The notes: generated from the sequence alone by a model not told the origin. 47,501 nt of DNA from Bacteroidota bacterium (GCA_038750705.1 JBCDHA010000001.1:1-47501), one strand, 5' to 3'. Positions 25,278 through 36,106 are shown, numbered from the stretch's first letter. Made by a program: numbers and translations.

Positions 25278-27314
25278 CTATGTTTGAAACTTCAACCTCA
25301 ATAACTGAGCATTGGCCGCACATACAATCGTACTCAAACTCATCAATGCAGCTCCCACGGCCGGATTGATCATGATGCCTTGATAGAAAAGGACACCCGC
25401 TGCTAGAGGAATCGCAACAACATTATAACCAGTTGCCCAAACAAGATTTTGAACCATCTTCTTGTAGGTTGCTCTTCCGAATAAAATCAAATTGGCGATA
25501 TCAGAAGGGCTGCTCTCTGTCAAAATGATATCGGCTGTTTCAGCAGCTACATCCGTTCCTGAACCTACTGCAATTCCAATATCTGCTTTGGCCAGTGCCG
25601 GAGCATCATTCACACCATCTCCGGTCATGGCTACAAACTCTCCCTCACCCTGCAGCTTCTCAATCAGTTCAGACTTTTCGTGTGGAAGCACCTGGCTGTA
25701 ATACCCATCCAGTTTTAGTTCGTCTGCTACCGCTTTGGCTGTTTGCTCATTATCTCCTGTGGCCATCAGCACTTTAATGCCTTTGTCCTTCAAGGTCTCA
25801 ATGGCTTCACTACTCTCTTTTCTGATTTGATCTGCCAAAGCGATGAATCCAATCAATTTTCCTTCCTTCAAAATGAAGACTACCGTTTCTGCCTGATCCG
25901 AACTAGCTTCTTCAGGTAGATCAATTTCTTCCTCTTTCAAGTATCCGGGGCTTACAATCTGATACGAAGAGCCATCTACTTTTGCGCTTACGCCTTTACC
26001 TTTTGTGGAGCTGAAATCAGAAGCAGAAGGAAATTTGAGTTCACGCTTTTTGGCTTCATTGACTATTCCCCTGGCAATTGGATGTTCTGAACTTTGCTCA
26101 ATAGCCCCGGCTAAGGCCAACAATTCGTCTTCCGAACTATCATTGAGAACATTGATCCGGTTCACACCAAAGTTACCCTCAGTGAGAGTTCCTGTTTTAT
26201 CAAATACAATGGCAGAAATCTTTCGGCTGTTTTCAAACGCTGTACGATTTCGGATAAGTAGTCCATTCTTAGCGGATAAGGCAGTTGATATGGCGACAAC
26301 CAATGGAACTGCCAAACCTAAAGCATGAGGACAGGTTATAATCATCACTGTTACCATGCGCTCCAGTGCAAAATCCATTCCCTGAACGCTAAAGAAAGCC
26401 CAGGCGATGAAGGTGGTAACACCAACTCCAATAGCAATGTAGGCTAACCATCCTGCTGCCTTATTTGCCAGATTCTGGGTCTTGGATTTGGTCTGTTGTG
26501 CTTCTTCGACAAGTTTGATGACTTTATTCAAATAGCTGTCTTCACCTGAAGACTTGACTTCCACTTTGATACTGCCGTCTCCATTGATCGCTCCGCCAAT
26601 CACTTCATCACCCTTTGATTTTTGAACGGGTTTACTTTCCCCTGTCAGTGCACTTTCATTAAGGTCACTGTCACCTTCTACAATTTTGCCATCAGCTGGC
26701 ACTTTTTCTCCTGGTTTGATCAGGATGATATCACCTTTTTTAAGTTCGCTGATCTTTACATCATGTATATCATCACCTTCCACTTTGTGGGCTTCTGAAG
26801 GCATTAGTTCAGCTAATTTCTCCAGAGCTTTTGAGGCACCCATGATGGAGCGCATCTCCAGCCAATGACCTAAAAGCATGATATCTATCAAAGTCACCAG
26901 CTCCCAATAAAAGACCTTTCCTTCCAGTCCCAATACAACGGCAGTGCTATATGCCCAGGCAACTGTGATGGCTATCGCAATCAAGGTCATCATACCCGGC
27001 CCACCTTCTGATAACTCGTCTTTCAGTCCTTTGAGAAAAGGCCATCCTCCATAGATAAAAATAAAGGTTGCCAAGGCTGCTGCTACATAACCCATCCCCG
27101 GAAAGCTGAATGAGAAGCCTAAAAAGCCCTGGATCATTTCAGAAAAGGCAAGGACGGGTATTGAAAGTGCCGTATTGATATAAAATCGCTTCTTAAAATC
27201 TTCAATCATGTGGGCATGATGGTCGTGATGACCGCCTGAGTGATCGTGATTACCTGAATGTCGATGCTCTGAATGATTGCGATGATCATCAGAGTGATTA
27301 TGATGCTCTTCCAT
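25278..27314 (-). CDS. copB: P1B-3-type copper-exporting ATPase (CopB-like)
   Basis: His-rich N-terminus, TGES, CPH, DKTGTLT, GDGVND and YN/MSLS. Confidence 0.9.
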   Translation of the reverse strand: MEEHHNHSDDHRNHSEHRHSGNHDHSGGHHDHHAHMIEDFKKRFYINTALSIPVLAFSEMIQGFLGFSFSFPGMGYVAAALATFIFIYGGWPFLKGLKDELSEGGPGMMTLIAIAITVAWAYSTAVVLGLEGKVFYWELVTLIDIMLLGHWLEMRSIMGASKALEKLAELMPSEAHKVEGDDIHDVKISELKKGDIILIKPGEKVPADGKIVEGDSDLNESALTGESKPVQKSKGDEVIGGAINGDGSIKVEVKSSGEDSYLNKVIKLVEEAQQTKSKTQNLANKAAGWLAYIAIGVGVTTFIAWAFFSVQGMDFALERMVTVMIITCPHALGLAVPLVVAISTALSAKNGLLIRNRTAFENSRKISAIVFDKTGTLTEGNFGVNRINVLNDSSEDELLALAGAIEQSSEHPIARGIVNEAKKRELKFPSASDFSSTKGKGVSAKVDGSSYQIVSPGYLKEEEIDLPEEASSDQAETVVFILKEGKLIGFIALADQIRKESSEAIETLKDKGIKVLMATGDNEQTAKAVADELKLDGYYSQVLPHEKSELIEKLQGEGEFVAMTGDGVNDAPALAKADIGIAVGSGTDVAAETADIILTESSPSDIANLILFGRATYKKMVQNLVWATGYNVVAIPLAAGVLFYQGIMINPAVGAALMSLSTIVCAANAQLLRLKFQT

Positions 27315-27388
27315 TGTATTATATTTTTAGATGTCAAAATCAAGCTACCCTATGTAGCTCTCGTAAAGGGATCAGCTTTAAGCCTACA

Positions 27389-27952
27389 CTATTCATTTAA
27401 TTCTTTGGTTTCTTCTTGCAGTGAACCTTCAAATTTGGGTATGGGTCTGTTCTTTGCTTCCGCTTGTGTTTCTGCCGCCCCATTTTCCCGGATATCATTT
27501 ATCAACCATTCCATTTCCATGATTTCCCTTCGCTGCGCTTTGATGATTTCGTTAGCCAGCTTTCTTACTCGTACATCTTTTATCTGAGCCCGTTCGCTCG
27601 TTAAGATGGCGATAGAATGATGGGGAATCATCCCTTCCATATAGTCTACACCCGTGACGGTAACCTGACTTCTTACAAGCCCGATACCCCCAGCAATAAG
27701 CAAGACTCCCAGTATAATGATCGCTATATTGACCTTGCGCTTTTTATACATGTTGAGCATGAATAGGAGCATGATGATAATCATCGACCCAGCCATAATA
27801 AGCGTCATGAAGAAGCGGGTTTCACTGAACCAGAAATGATCAATAATCTGATAAGAGTGTGTATACATTAAGAAAAACATTGCCACCATAGAGGCTGCAA
27901 TCATGGCAAAGAATTTACCGTAGTTGTTTTTGTGGTTCTGTTCGTTTTCCAT
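27389..27952 (-). CDS. DUF305 domain membrane protein
   Basis: Met-rich TM helices and MIPHHSIAI...LA.EII.AQ.REI..M. Confidence 0.85.
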   Translation of the reverse strand: MENEQNHKNNYGKFFAMIAASMVAMFFLMYTHSYQIIDHFWFSETRFFMTLIMAGSMIIIMLLFMLNMYKKRKVNIAIIILGVLLIAGGIGLVRSQVTVTGVDYMEGMIPHHSIAILTSERAQIKDVRVRKLANEIIKAQRREIMEMEWLINDIRENGAAETQAEAKNRPIPKFEGSLQEETKELNE

Positions 27953-27992
27953 ATTGTCTGTCTGTTTAGGTTATTTATATACTTGTGATCTC

Positions 27993-28562
27993 TTATTTAC
28001 TTATTACTTCCCTCACGCTCCCACAGCTCAACATTCGATCTCCGAAGTATGGATTTCGAATTTGTTCTTCAGAGCTAAGCCAATAAGCTCCTTTGTTGTC
28101 AAAAGCCATCGGGCAATACTGTCGGTATATGATGTTTTCGTTTGCTGCACTAGCTTTTATTAACTCATAGATATTGTCTGATAGCGTATTAAAGTGATCT
28201 CTCTGATGGCCCGCATCTTTTGTTTCGTTGATGTGTTCGGCATCAAACCGGATCTTGTCCAAGCGCTCACTTTTGTGATCACCGAGGTTATCCAGAAGCC
28301 CTTTTGCAGCAGTGCTGGCCGCTTCACCATCGGTTTGTACGAGTGCATCTTTCACCTCCAAATAGGAAGCAAGTACTAATTGGGTCTGCTCTTTTGTAAG
28401 TTTCGCAGATTGATGAGCATCGTGATCTGAATGATCCATAGCCTGATGATCGGCATGGTCATTTTCTGCGGTTTGCTTTTGTGAATTACCACAACTGGTA
28501 AATCCAAAAAGAATGGCTGTACATACTACTGCTAGAATTGATTTTTTCTGTTTCATGATCAT
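27993..28562 (-). CDS. DUF3347 lipoprotein
   Basis: Lipobox FTSC, His-rich linker and YL.VKDALV...YCPMA...WLS...IRNPYFG..ML.CG. Confidence 0.85.
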   Translation of the reverse strand: MIMKQKKSILAVVCTAILFGFTSCGNSQKQTAENDHADHQAMDHSDHDAHQSAKLTKEQTQLVLASYLEVKDALVQTDGEAASTAAKGLLDNLGDHKSERLDKIRFDAEHINETKDAGHQRDHFNTLSDNIYELIKASAANENIIYRQYCPMAFDNKGAYWLSSEEQIRNPYFGDRMLSCGSVREVISK

Positions 28563-28580
28563 GAATTTTTAAGTGTTTAA

Positions 28581-30368
28581 TTATTTAAGTTCTTCGGTTA
28601 CTTCCCCGCACGTAAGCATGTCCGCTCCGAAATAGGGGTTTCTGATTTCATTTGAGAGACTGAGCCAGTCAGCACCCTTATTGCTATCTGCCATAGGGCA
28701 GTGCTGGATATACATGGTTTCGTCTATTGGGTCGAAAGCCTTGGCCAATCCAATCATTGCATTGGATAATGACTGAAATGCTTTCCTCATTTCCTTGATG
28801 TCCTGAAAATGTGCCGCGTGCTGTATAGATTGCTTAGCCTGACTGCTATACTCCATCCAGACCTGATGGGACTGGCCTGTAAAAAGGGACATGTTTATTT
28901 TATCTAAGTCACTTTTAAATTGGATTGCAGCTTCTTGTGCCTCACTCAAATTGTCATTGACCAAAGCGTCTTTGACCTTGAGATAATCTGTAAAAAGAGG
29001 TTGGAGTGCCTTCTTAGCTTCCGCACTGATTTTGACTTTTTTGATCGTTAATTCACGAGATTGATTTGTCTGTTCGGGAGTTGATGGAGACCCTCCGTGA
29101 TTATGGCCTGTCATAGCTGGCCCTCCGTCCGGATTCATCATGCTTGGTTTCCCAGCCAACTGCGCAGCAGCATCAATGCTGAAAGTACCGTTTACGGCTA
29201 TTTCTTCACCTTGCTCCAGACCTTCTTCGATGAGATAGCTTTCGCCTAGCGCAGCTCCCAGCTTAACTTCCCGCATCAAAAAGTTGATACCTTTTCCCGT
29301 GGTTTCTTTCACATATACCACTGATCGTTCACCCGTCCACATAACCGCTGTTTTAGGGACGACTACAGCATCGGATTGGGCAGGCAGTTGAGCCTTTAGG
29401 GTTCCGGAGACAAACATCTCAGGCTTCAGTTTGAAGTCATTGTTGTTTACCACGATCCGGGCTTTCGCTACTCGGGTCTTCGGGTCGATTACCGGATCTA
29501 TGAAGTCAATCGTACCTTCAAATTCCTCACCTGGTAAGGAGGCTACTGTAAAAGAGACCAAGTCTCCTTTTTTCACCCACGTCAGATCACTTTCGTAGAG
29601 ATCAAACAGCACCCAAACTTTGGAGAGGTTGGCGATCTCATAGATGGATTGACCTCTTTTGATGTAGTCTCCAAGGTTTACGTTCTTTTCCGTCACATAA
29701 CCGGAAATATCCGCATTGATCGGAAACCTGTCCATAGGTTGTCCACCACTAATGATATTCTCAATCTGTCTGTCACTTAGCTTCCAGTTTTTTAGTTTGC
29801 CCTTTGCTGCCTGATACAGTGCCGGTTGACTTTCTTTGATATTGATTGCTTCGAAGAGTTCCTCTTGTGCCGTAACCAGATCGGGCGAATAGATGTAGGC
29901 AATCGGTTTACCTTTTGTTATATACTCACCAGTGAAATTGACCATCAATTTCTCGATCCTCCCCGGAATATGAGAGGATTGAGAATAGACCAATCGTTCA
30001 TCCTCCTGCACCTTACCATTCAATCGTAGTGATTTAACTGGCTTCATTTTGCCTACAATGGATGTAGATATATTGGCCAGTTGCATAGCCGTAGGAGACA
30101 TGCTTACTGCCATTGCATTGACTTCATTCTCCTCCTGATCTACCGGAATTAAGTCCATGCCACAGATTGGGCAATCGCCCGGTTCATTACTTCTTATCTG
30201 CGGATGCATGGAACACGTCCAGGTGGTTTCTCCTGCCATTTCTGTTGAATGATCGTGCTCTTCGTTGGGGGTCTTATCTGATCCTCCAAAAAATAGCCAG
30301 CCAAGTAGTAATCCACTCGCGAGAGTAGAAATTGCCACTATGATTAATGTCTTTATTGATATTTTCAT
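28581..30368 (-). CDS. cusB: CusB-like RND adaptor with an N-terminal heavy-metal-binding domain and a C-terminal DUF3347
   Basis: WTCSMHPQI...PG.CPICGMDL, LKPEMFV and HCPMA...NPYFG. Confidence 0.88.
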   Translation of the reverse strand: MKISIKTLIIVAISTLASGLLLGWLFFGGSDKTPNEEHDHSTEMAGETTWTCSMHPQIRSNEPGDCPICGMDLIPVDQEENEVNAMAVSMSPTAMQLANISTSIVGKMKPVKSLRLNGKVQEDERLVYSQSSHIPGRIEKLMVNFTGEYITKGKPIAYIYSPDLVTAQEELFEAINIKESQPALYQAAKGKLKNWKLSDRQIENIISGGQPMDRFPINADISGYVTEKNVNLGDYIKRGQSIYEIANLSKVWVLFDLYESDLTWVKKGDLVSFTVASLPGEEFEGTIDFIDPVIDPKTRVAKARIVVNNNDFKLKPEMFVSGTLKAQLPAQSDAVVVPKTAVMWTGERSVVYVKETTGKGINFLMREVKLGAALGESYLIEEGLEQGEEIAVNGTFSIDAAAQLAGKPSMMNPDGGPAMTGHNHGGSPSTPEQTNQSRELTIKKVKISAEAKKALQPLFTDYLKVKDALVNDNLSEAQEAAIQFKSDLDKINMSLFTGQSHQVWMEYSSQAKQSIQHAAHFQDIKEMRKAFQSLSNAMIGLAKAFDPIDETMYIQHCPMADSNKGADWLSLSNEIRNPYFGADMLTCGEVTEELK

Positions 30369-30369
30369 C

Positions 30370-31605
30370 TTAGTATTTTTTAGCCGTGATGTAATTGAGT
30401 TTCGCCAGTGCTGTGTGGTACCTTGTGATGGCAGTGGCTTTCATTTTTTCATATTTCAGCAATTGCTGCTGCATTCTGAGCACCTCTTCAAACTCTTTTC
30501 CTGAGTTGCTGTAAGCCGTGTAGAGCAGGTTTAGCGCCTGCTGGGATTCCGAGATCTGCTGATTGTAGAGCTCGATCAATTGCCTTTCCTTTTCCAGTTC
30601 AAAAGCCATTGATTCATAGCTGGCTACCAGACGGTTTGAGTAGTCTTCCCGCTGAAGCTGATAGCTTTTCTGGGAGAGCTGTGCTTCCTTAATTGCAGCG
30701 TTGTACTTCTTGCGAAAAATGGGAATGCTCATAGAGACCATAGGCATCAGGATGTCCTGCCCATTGTCTGGAAGTTCCACTCCTGATCTGTTTCCTACTA
30801 TTGCATAATCCAATCCTACACCGAACTTTGGAAGACCTTGCTTGATGGCTACTTGCTCCATTTCCTCACTGGCCTTCAATTTGAGTTCTAGCTCATTCAG
30901 AATCGGATTATCGGTAAGTAGGCTGTCCCTCCTGTAGTCATTAAGCAGTGTTTCAATTGTCAGTGTATCCTCAACAATTACTTCTTCCGCTTCATCTCTA
31001 TTGATAAGTGCATTGAAAGTAGCAACTAATGGCTCCCTCTTCTTAGTCAATATCTGAAGGTTAGTAGAGGCATCTTTCAACATGATATCTACCCGAAGTA
31101 CATCTACCATGGCTCCATTACCGTTTTCAAACTGCTTGGTAGAAATGGTTTTGTAGGACTCCAGTATCTCAATGTTTTCCTGCTCCAGTGCTGTCCATTG
31201 CTCCAGCTCATACAAGGGATAGTAGGCTGCTGCTACCTGATAGTAGAGTTGATTCCTGGAATCCAGAAATGCCTGGTATTTGGCCTCTGCTAAAAGTGCT
31301 GCTGCATCTCCCTTTGATTTCAGCGTACCAAACCATGGAAACATTTGAGTCAGGGAAAATCTGGCTCTTTGCGGACCGACCCGTGTTTCCACAGGTGATA
31401 TGAAATACCCGAAAGAAAACGTGGGATCCGGCAATGCGCTGGCCTGTGGAATCCTCTCTAGGGCTGTTTCAAATGATTTGTATTTGGCTTGAAGTCCGGG
31501 GTTATTCTCGGCAGCCAATTGGAAGTAATCTTCCAGCGTTTGTGCCTGGACTACATACAAGCTGCAAGTGAGGATTGTCAATAATAGAATGATATTCTTT
31601 CTCAT
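30370..31605 (-). CDS. TolC/CusC-family outer-membrane efflux protein
   Basis: Signal peptide, A.ENNPGL, LPDP and QMFPWFG; lies between cusA and cusB. Confidence 0.88.
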   Translation of the reverse strand: MRKNIILLLTILTCSLYVVQAQTLEDYFQLAAENNPGLQAKYKSFETALERIPQASALPDPTFSFGYFISPVETRVGPQRARFSLTQMFPWFGTLKSKGDAAALLAEAKYQAFLDSRNQLYYQVAAAYYPLYELEQWTALEQENIEILESYKTISTKQFENGNGAMVDVLRVDIMLKDASTNLQILTKKREPLVATFNALINRDEAEEVIVEDTLTIETLLNDYRRDSLLTDNPILNELELKLKASEEMEQVAIKQGLPKFGVGLDYAIVGNRSGVELPDNGQDILMPMVSMSIPIFRKKYNAAIKEAQLSQKSYQLQREDYSNRLVASYESMAFELEKERQLIELYNQQISESQQALNLLYTAYSNSGKEFEEVLRMQQQLLKYEKMKATAITRYHTALAKLNYITAKKY

Positions 31606-34600
31606 GATTGTAGCTTTTTAAGTTTTCGTTCTTCACGTATGGCATAGAGTATTGGCACAATGAAGTAGGTGACCGCAGCGACCATCATACCTCCAAAGGC
31701 TGGGATGGCCATAGGAATCATGATATCTGATCCACGTCCTGTAGAAGTCAAAATGGGTAGCAATGCGATGATTGTAGTAGCTGAAGTCATGATGGCGGGC
31801 TTAATCCTTCTTTGACCTGCTTCAACTACAGCCGCTCTTAGTCCTTTCAAGTTGTCGGTTTTGTTGCGTTCAAAACTTTGATCCAGATAGGTAGCCATCA
31901 ATACCCCGTCATCGGTAGCAATACCGAACAAAGCAATGAAACCTACCCACACAGCCACACTCAAATTGACCGTCTGCATTTGGAATAAGTCTCGGAAATT
32001 GGTTCCGAAAACAGAGAAGTCTGCAAACCAATTCTGCCCGTACAACCATAGCATGATAAAACCACCGCTAAAGGCCATGGCGATTCCTGTGAAAACCATA
32101 AGTGAAGTGGAAACCGAACGGAATTGGAAATAGAGGATCAGAAAAACGATACCAAGTACCAGGGGTACGATAATAGATAGCCGTTTCTCCGCCCGCACCT
32201 GATTCTCATAACTACCTGAAAATTTGTAACTGATACCAGCGGGTACTTTCAGTTCTCCTGAATCGATTCTTTCCTGGATTGCCTTTTGAGCAGCGTTTAC
32301 TACAGTTACTTCTGAATAGCCTTCATTTCGATCAAACAGGACATAACCGACCAAAAATGTCTCTTCACTTTTAATAGCCTGCGGCCCTCGGACATATTCA
32401 ATATTCACCAACTGTCCCATAGGAATTTGTGCTCCTGTTGGGGTAGCTATCAGAATTTTGCTTAGTGAATTGGGGTCGTCCCTTAGCTCCCTAGGATAGC
32501 GCACCCGAACCGGAAAACGTTCTCTACCCTCTACCGTTGAAGTGATTTTCATACCACCTACAGCCGTTTCAATGGTTTGTTGTACGTCTTCCACATTTAA
32601 GCCATATCTGGAGATTTCCTCCCGATCAATATTCAGGTGCAAATAGGGTTTACCTACGATTCGGTCGGCAAATACCGCTTCTGCTTTCACCGAAGGGACT
32701 TCCTTTAGAATCTCTTCCAGTTTCATCCCAAATGCCTCAATAGTAAGTAGGTCAGGCCCATACACTTTGATGCCCATGGGTGCGCGCATACCTGTTTGAA
32801 GCATGACCAGGCGGGTTTCGATAGGCTGCAATTTTGGAGCAGATGTAACACCGGGTATTTTGGTGACCATGATGATCTCGTTCCAGATGTCATCAGGAGA
32901 CTGAATGTGAGAACGCCAGTTTCGGAAGTACTTACCGCCAGGGTTTTCTGTTAGTTCTTCAATACCAATACCCTGGCTAAGTGCTTGTTCGTTAGTCAGC
33001 GTATCACCGGATTTGAGTATAAACCGCCCATCTTTATCCACCTCAAACCGAACTCTATGGCCTTTCTTACTGAGCAGGTATTCCGGCTTGTAGTTGATGG
33101 TGTTTTCAAACATGCTGATGGGTGCGGGATCCAGTGCAGACTCTACACGACCTAGCTTTCCGACCGTCAAATCCACCTCCGGGATATTAGTAAGAAGCAT
33201 GTCCAGCTGACCGACCACCTTACGGTTATACTCAATGCCAGAATGAGGCATGGAGGTGGGCATAAGTAAGAAACTTCCTTCGTCCAGTGAAGGCATGAAC
33301 TCTTTGCCAATTCCGGGGAAAGTGGAAACCAATCCTGACCAGCCTTTAGAGTTTCTGATATCCCAGCTTACCACTTCGGCTCCTTTGGCCACTAAGCCAA
33401 ACACTTTGTCAAACCCCAGCCAAATAGTAGCTCCCAGTAGTACAATGAATGAAGGAATTAAGAGAAACTTGATTCTGTTGTCCAGGCACCAGTTTAGGAT
33501 TTTCTTGTATTGATACTCCAATAGTGTAAACCCACCTAGTATTACACCTACAAGTATTGTCACGAATATAAAGTTGAGTAATAGCGATTGCGAAGCACCT
33601 AGCGGCAACCAATACTTAGCTAAAAGCCAGATTACACCAACAAGTACTACAATGAGTTCGGCATAATTGAAGAGAAACAGGACAGGTTTAGAGAAGGTGT
33701 CCTTCTTTGAAGCAAGAAGGTTTTTCAGAATTCCAATTGCCCCAAACAGTATCAACAGTACGCCACCCCATACATGACCAATGAACAGTGCTATTATTCC
33801 AACGAGTACTAAAGCGTAACTCCCATATTTTTTAAAGTATTTGTTATTGATTTTGAAGCCAAAAAACCAGTGAGCCAACGTGGGCAGGATCAGCAAACTC
33901 ACCAGCAATGCGGCTATCAAAGCAAAGGTTTTGGTGAAGGCCAATGGGCCAAACAGTTTACCCTCTGCGGCCTGCATGGTAAAGACTGGAATAAAGCTCA
34001 CAATGGTGGTTGAAACAGCCGTTAATATTGCCGTGGCAACTTCTGATGCTCCATTGTAGATTGTATCAATCAGTTTTTGACCGGGAGGTGCTTCCTCTAA
34101 ATGCTTGATAATATTTTCGGACAGGATAACACCCAAATCCACCATCGTACCAATAGCAATGGCGATACCCGATAGCGCCACGATGTTGGCATCAACTCCA
34201 AAATAGCGCATGGCGATAAACACCATTAATACTGAAATAGGCAGGATGCTCGAAATCAGAAATGAAGCTCTGAGGTTGTACACCATCACGATTACCACCA
34301 AAATGGTGATAAGCAATTGCAGTGAAATGGCTTCCTCCAACGTGCCCAATGTTTCATAGATAAGTTGGGAGCGATCATAAAAGGGAACAATGGTGAGTTG
34401 ACTTTCTACTCCATTGCTCAATGTTTTCTTGGGCAGCCCTGGTGCTATTTCCTTGATCTTATCTTTTACATTATTGATTACCTGTAAAGGATTTGCTCCA
34501 TAACGAGCTACAACCACACCACCAACTACTTCAGCTCCGTCTTTATCTAATAAACCCCTGCGTGTCGCTGGACCCAGGCTCACCACTCCAATGTCCTGAA

Positions 34601-35426
34601 CTCTTATAGGAACATTGTCCTGAACAGCTACTACTGCCTTTTCAATGTCTTCTACTTTTTTTACATAGCCCAATCCACGCACTAAGTATTCGGCCTGGTT
34701 AATCTCGATGGTTTTGGCTCCCACATCTCGATTAGATTTCTTGACGGCCATCATCACCTTATGTAAAGGGATGTTATAGGCTTTCAGCGCATCAGGATTT
34801 ACATCTATCTGATATTCCTTTACAAACCCACCAATGGAGGCTACTTCGGAAACTCCCTCGGTGGCGTTGAGTCCATATTTGATATAAAAGTCCTGAACGG
34901 TGCGAATTTCATGGAGATCCCAACCTCCAGTAGGGTTTCCGTTTTTATCTCGGCCTTCAATGGTGTACCAGTACACCTGCCCCAAAGCAGTAGCATCTGG
35001 CCCCAGTGCCGGTTGCACTCCATCCGGTAATAATCCGGAGGGAAGGGAGTTGAGTTTCTCCAGGATACGAGAACGTGACCAGTAGAATTCTATCTCCTCA
35101 CTGAAGATGATGTAGATACTGGAAAACCCAAAAATGGAGGAACTTCGAATGGATTTTACTCCGGGGATTCCCAGCAGGTAAGTAGTTAATGGATAGGAAA
35201 TCTGATCTTCTATGTCCTGCGGAGATCGCCCCGGCCATTGAGTGAATACAATTTGCTGGTTTTCGCCAATATCCGGTATCGCATCCACAGGGACAGGGTC
35301 AGAGGGCAAAGCGCCTACGTCCCAGCCAAAGGGAGCGGTTACTACGCCCCAGGCAATGAAGCCAATGAGTATGAGAACAGTGACTAACTTGTTCTCTAAA
35401 AAATATTTTATTATCCGATTCAGCAT
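31602..35426 (-). CDS. cusA: CusA-family Cu/Ag RND permease
   Basis: DAIPDIGENQ, GPDATALGQV, EFMPSLDEG and AIMTSATT. Confidence 0.92.
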   Translation of the reverse strand: MLNRIIKYFLENKLVTVLILIGFIAWGVVTAPFGWDVGALPSDPVPVDAIPDIGENQQIVFTQWPGRSPQDIEDQISYPLTTYLLGIPGVKSIRSSSIFGFSSIYIIFSEEIEFYWSRSRILEKLNSLPSGLLPDGVQPALGPDATALGQVYWYTIEGRDKNGNPTGGWDLHEIRTVQDFYIKYGLNATEGVSEVASIGGFVKEYQIDVNPDALKAYNIPLHKVMMAVKKSNRDVGAKTIEINQAEYLVRGLGYVKKVEDIEKAVVAVQDNVPIRVQDIGVVSLGPATRRGLLDKDGAEVVGGVVVARYGANPLQVINNVKDKIKEIAPGLPKKTLSNGVESQLTIVPFYDRSQLIYETLGTLEEAISLQLLITILVVIVMVYNLRASFLISSILPISVLMVFIAMRYFGVDANIVALSGIAIAIGTMVDLGVILSENIIKHLEEAPPGQKLIDTIYNGASEVATAILTAVSTTIVSFIPVFTMQAAEGKLFGPLAFTKTFALIAALLVSLLILPTLAHWFFGFKINNKYFKKYGSYALVLVGIIALFIGHVWGGVLLILFGAIGILKNLLASKKDTFSKPVLFLFNYAELIVVLVGVIWLLAKYWLPLGASQSLLLNFIFVTILVGVILGGFTLLEYQYKKILNWCLDNRIKFLLIPSFIVLLGATIWLGFDKVFGLVAKGAEVVSWDIRNSKGWSGLVSTFPGIGKEFMPSLDEGSFLLMPTSMPHSGIEYNRKVVGQLDMLLTNIPEVDLTVGKLGRVESALDPAPISMFENTINYKPEYLLSKKGHRVRFEVDKDGRFILKSGDTLTNEQALSQGIGIEELTENPGGKYFRNWRSHIQSPDDIWNEIIMVTKIPGVTSAPKLQPIETRLVMLQTGMRAPMGIKVYGPDLLTIEAFGMKLEEILKEVPSVKAEAVFADRIVGKPYLHLNIDREEISRYGLNVEDVQQTIETAVGGMKITSTVEGRERFPVRVRYPRELRDDPNSLSKILIATPTGAQIPMGQLVNIEYVRGPQAIKSEETFLVGYVLFDRNEGYSEVTVVNAAQKAIQERIDSGELKVPAGISYKFSGSYENQVRAEKRLSIIVPLVLGIVFLILYFQFRSVSTSLMVFTGIAMAFSGGFIMLWLYGQNWFADFSVFGTNFRDLFQMQTVNLSVAVWVGFIALFGIATDDGVLMATYLDQSFERNKTDNLKGLRAAVVEAGQRRIKPAIMTSATTIIALLPILTSTGRGSDIMIPMAIPAFGGMMVAAVTYFIVPILYAIREERKLKKLQS

Positions 35427-35541
35427 AATATGAATAATTAGAATTGAACCTCTGGTAGAACCAGAATGAGATTGTTCAAAAAGGCAAATAGCCTATAAAC
35501 CCGACAGGAAATGCAGGGTCTGAGTAATCATATTATGCTGA
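35420..35541 (-). promoter_or_regulatory. 14-bp inverted repeat that would sequester the cusA start codon
   Basis: tcagcataatatga (35420-35433, includes the start codon at 35424-35426) / tcatattatgctga (35528-35541, 1 nt after the upstream stop). Confidence 0.75.
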
Positions 35542-35542
35542 C

Positions 35543-35959
35543 CTATATAAGGAAAACTTGATGCAAGACCGATATGTCCTGATCAATCAGAGGGGGCGAA
35601 TAGTTCGCGTATTGAGGTTCTTCATCGGTTGAAGAAATGGGTAAGTGAAGAAAGGTAATGACAAACGCTGCTACAAAATCAACGTTGACCATGCTTTGAG
35701 CAATAGTAGGCTTGAAGTCATCTTCCGTATCAAGGGATTGATACTTATTTTCACAGCAAGACTTTTTACTCAGGTGCATACCTTCCGGTTGAGTTTCACA
35801 ACCTTTATCCATGTTGGCCATTCCACAGTTCAAAGCTTCATGACCAAAGACCAATTGAGATTCTACCGCCATCCCACCACAATAATGGGTTGCAATTGCA
35901 AATCCCATATTGGTAGAAAGCATAATTAAAGCTAGTGCTATGGAGAGAATTTTCTTCAC
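35543..35959 (-). CDS. HYC_CC_PP family small exported protein; candidate leader peptide
   Basis: Signal peptide from GTG 35959 (MKKILSIAL), HYCGG, SCC and YSPP...VFLI*. Confidence 0.85.
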   Translation of the reverse strand: MKKILSIALALIMLSTNMGFAIATHYCGGMAVESQLVFGHEALNCGMANMDKGCETQPEGMHLSKKSCCENKYQSLDTEDDFKPTIAQSMVNVDFVAAFVITFLHLPISSTDEEPQYANYSPPLIDQDISVLHQVFLI

Positions 35960-35965
35960 TTCAAT

Positions 35966-36030
35966 CAAAGATACGGATTTCTTTGAAAGAAGGATTTACA
36001 GAATTTTGAATAATCCTTATAGAATTTTGA
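35966..36030 (-). promoter_or_regulatory. Promoter (-7 TATCTTTG) with tandem 21-bp-spaced direct repeats; candidate AraC-family sites
   Basis: ttacagaattttga (35996-36009), ttatagaattttga (36017-36030) and caaagata (35966-35973). Confidence 0.7.
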
Positions 36031-36062
36031 GAATATCCGATAGAACGGTATTGATGAATTTG

Positions 36063-36096
36063 AAAAGATCCCCTGAATAAACAGGGGACTCTTTTT
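36063..36096 (-). terminator. Intrinsic terminator after copA-copZ
   Basis: tcccctg-aataaa-cagggga stem flanked by A/T tracts on both sides. Confidence 0.75.
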
Positions 36097-36106
36097 ATGA
36101 AAAATG

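Noticed and set aside
35499-35512. cccgacagga resembling the complement of a tRNA 3' end (possible second att)
   Set aside because: It lacks the TCGAACC T-loop and the anticodon core, and sits inside the cusA leader structure
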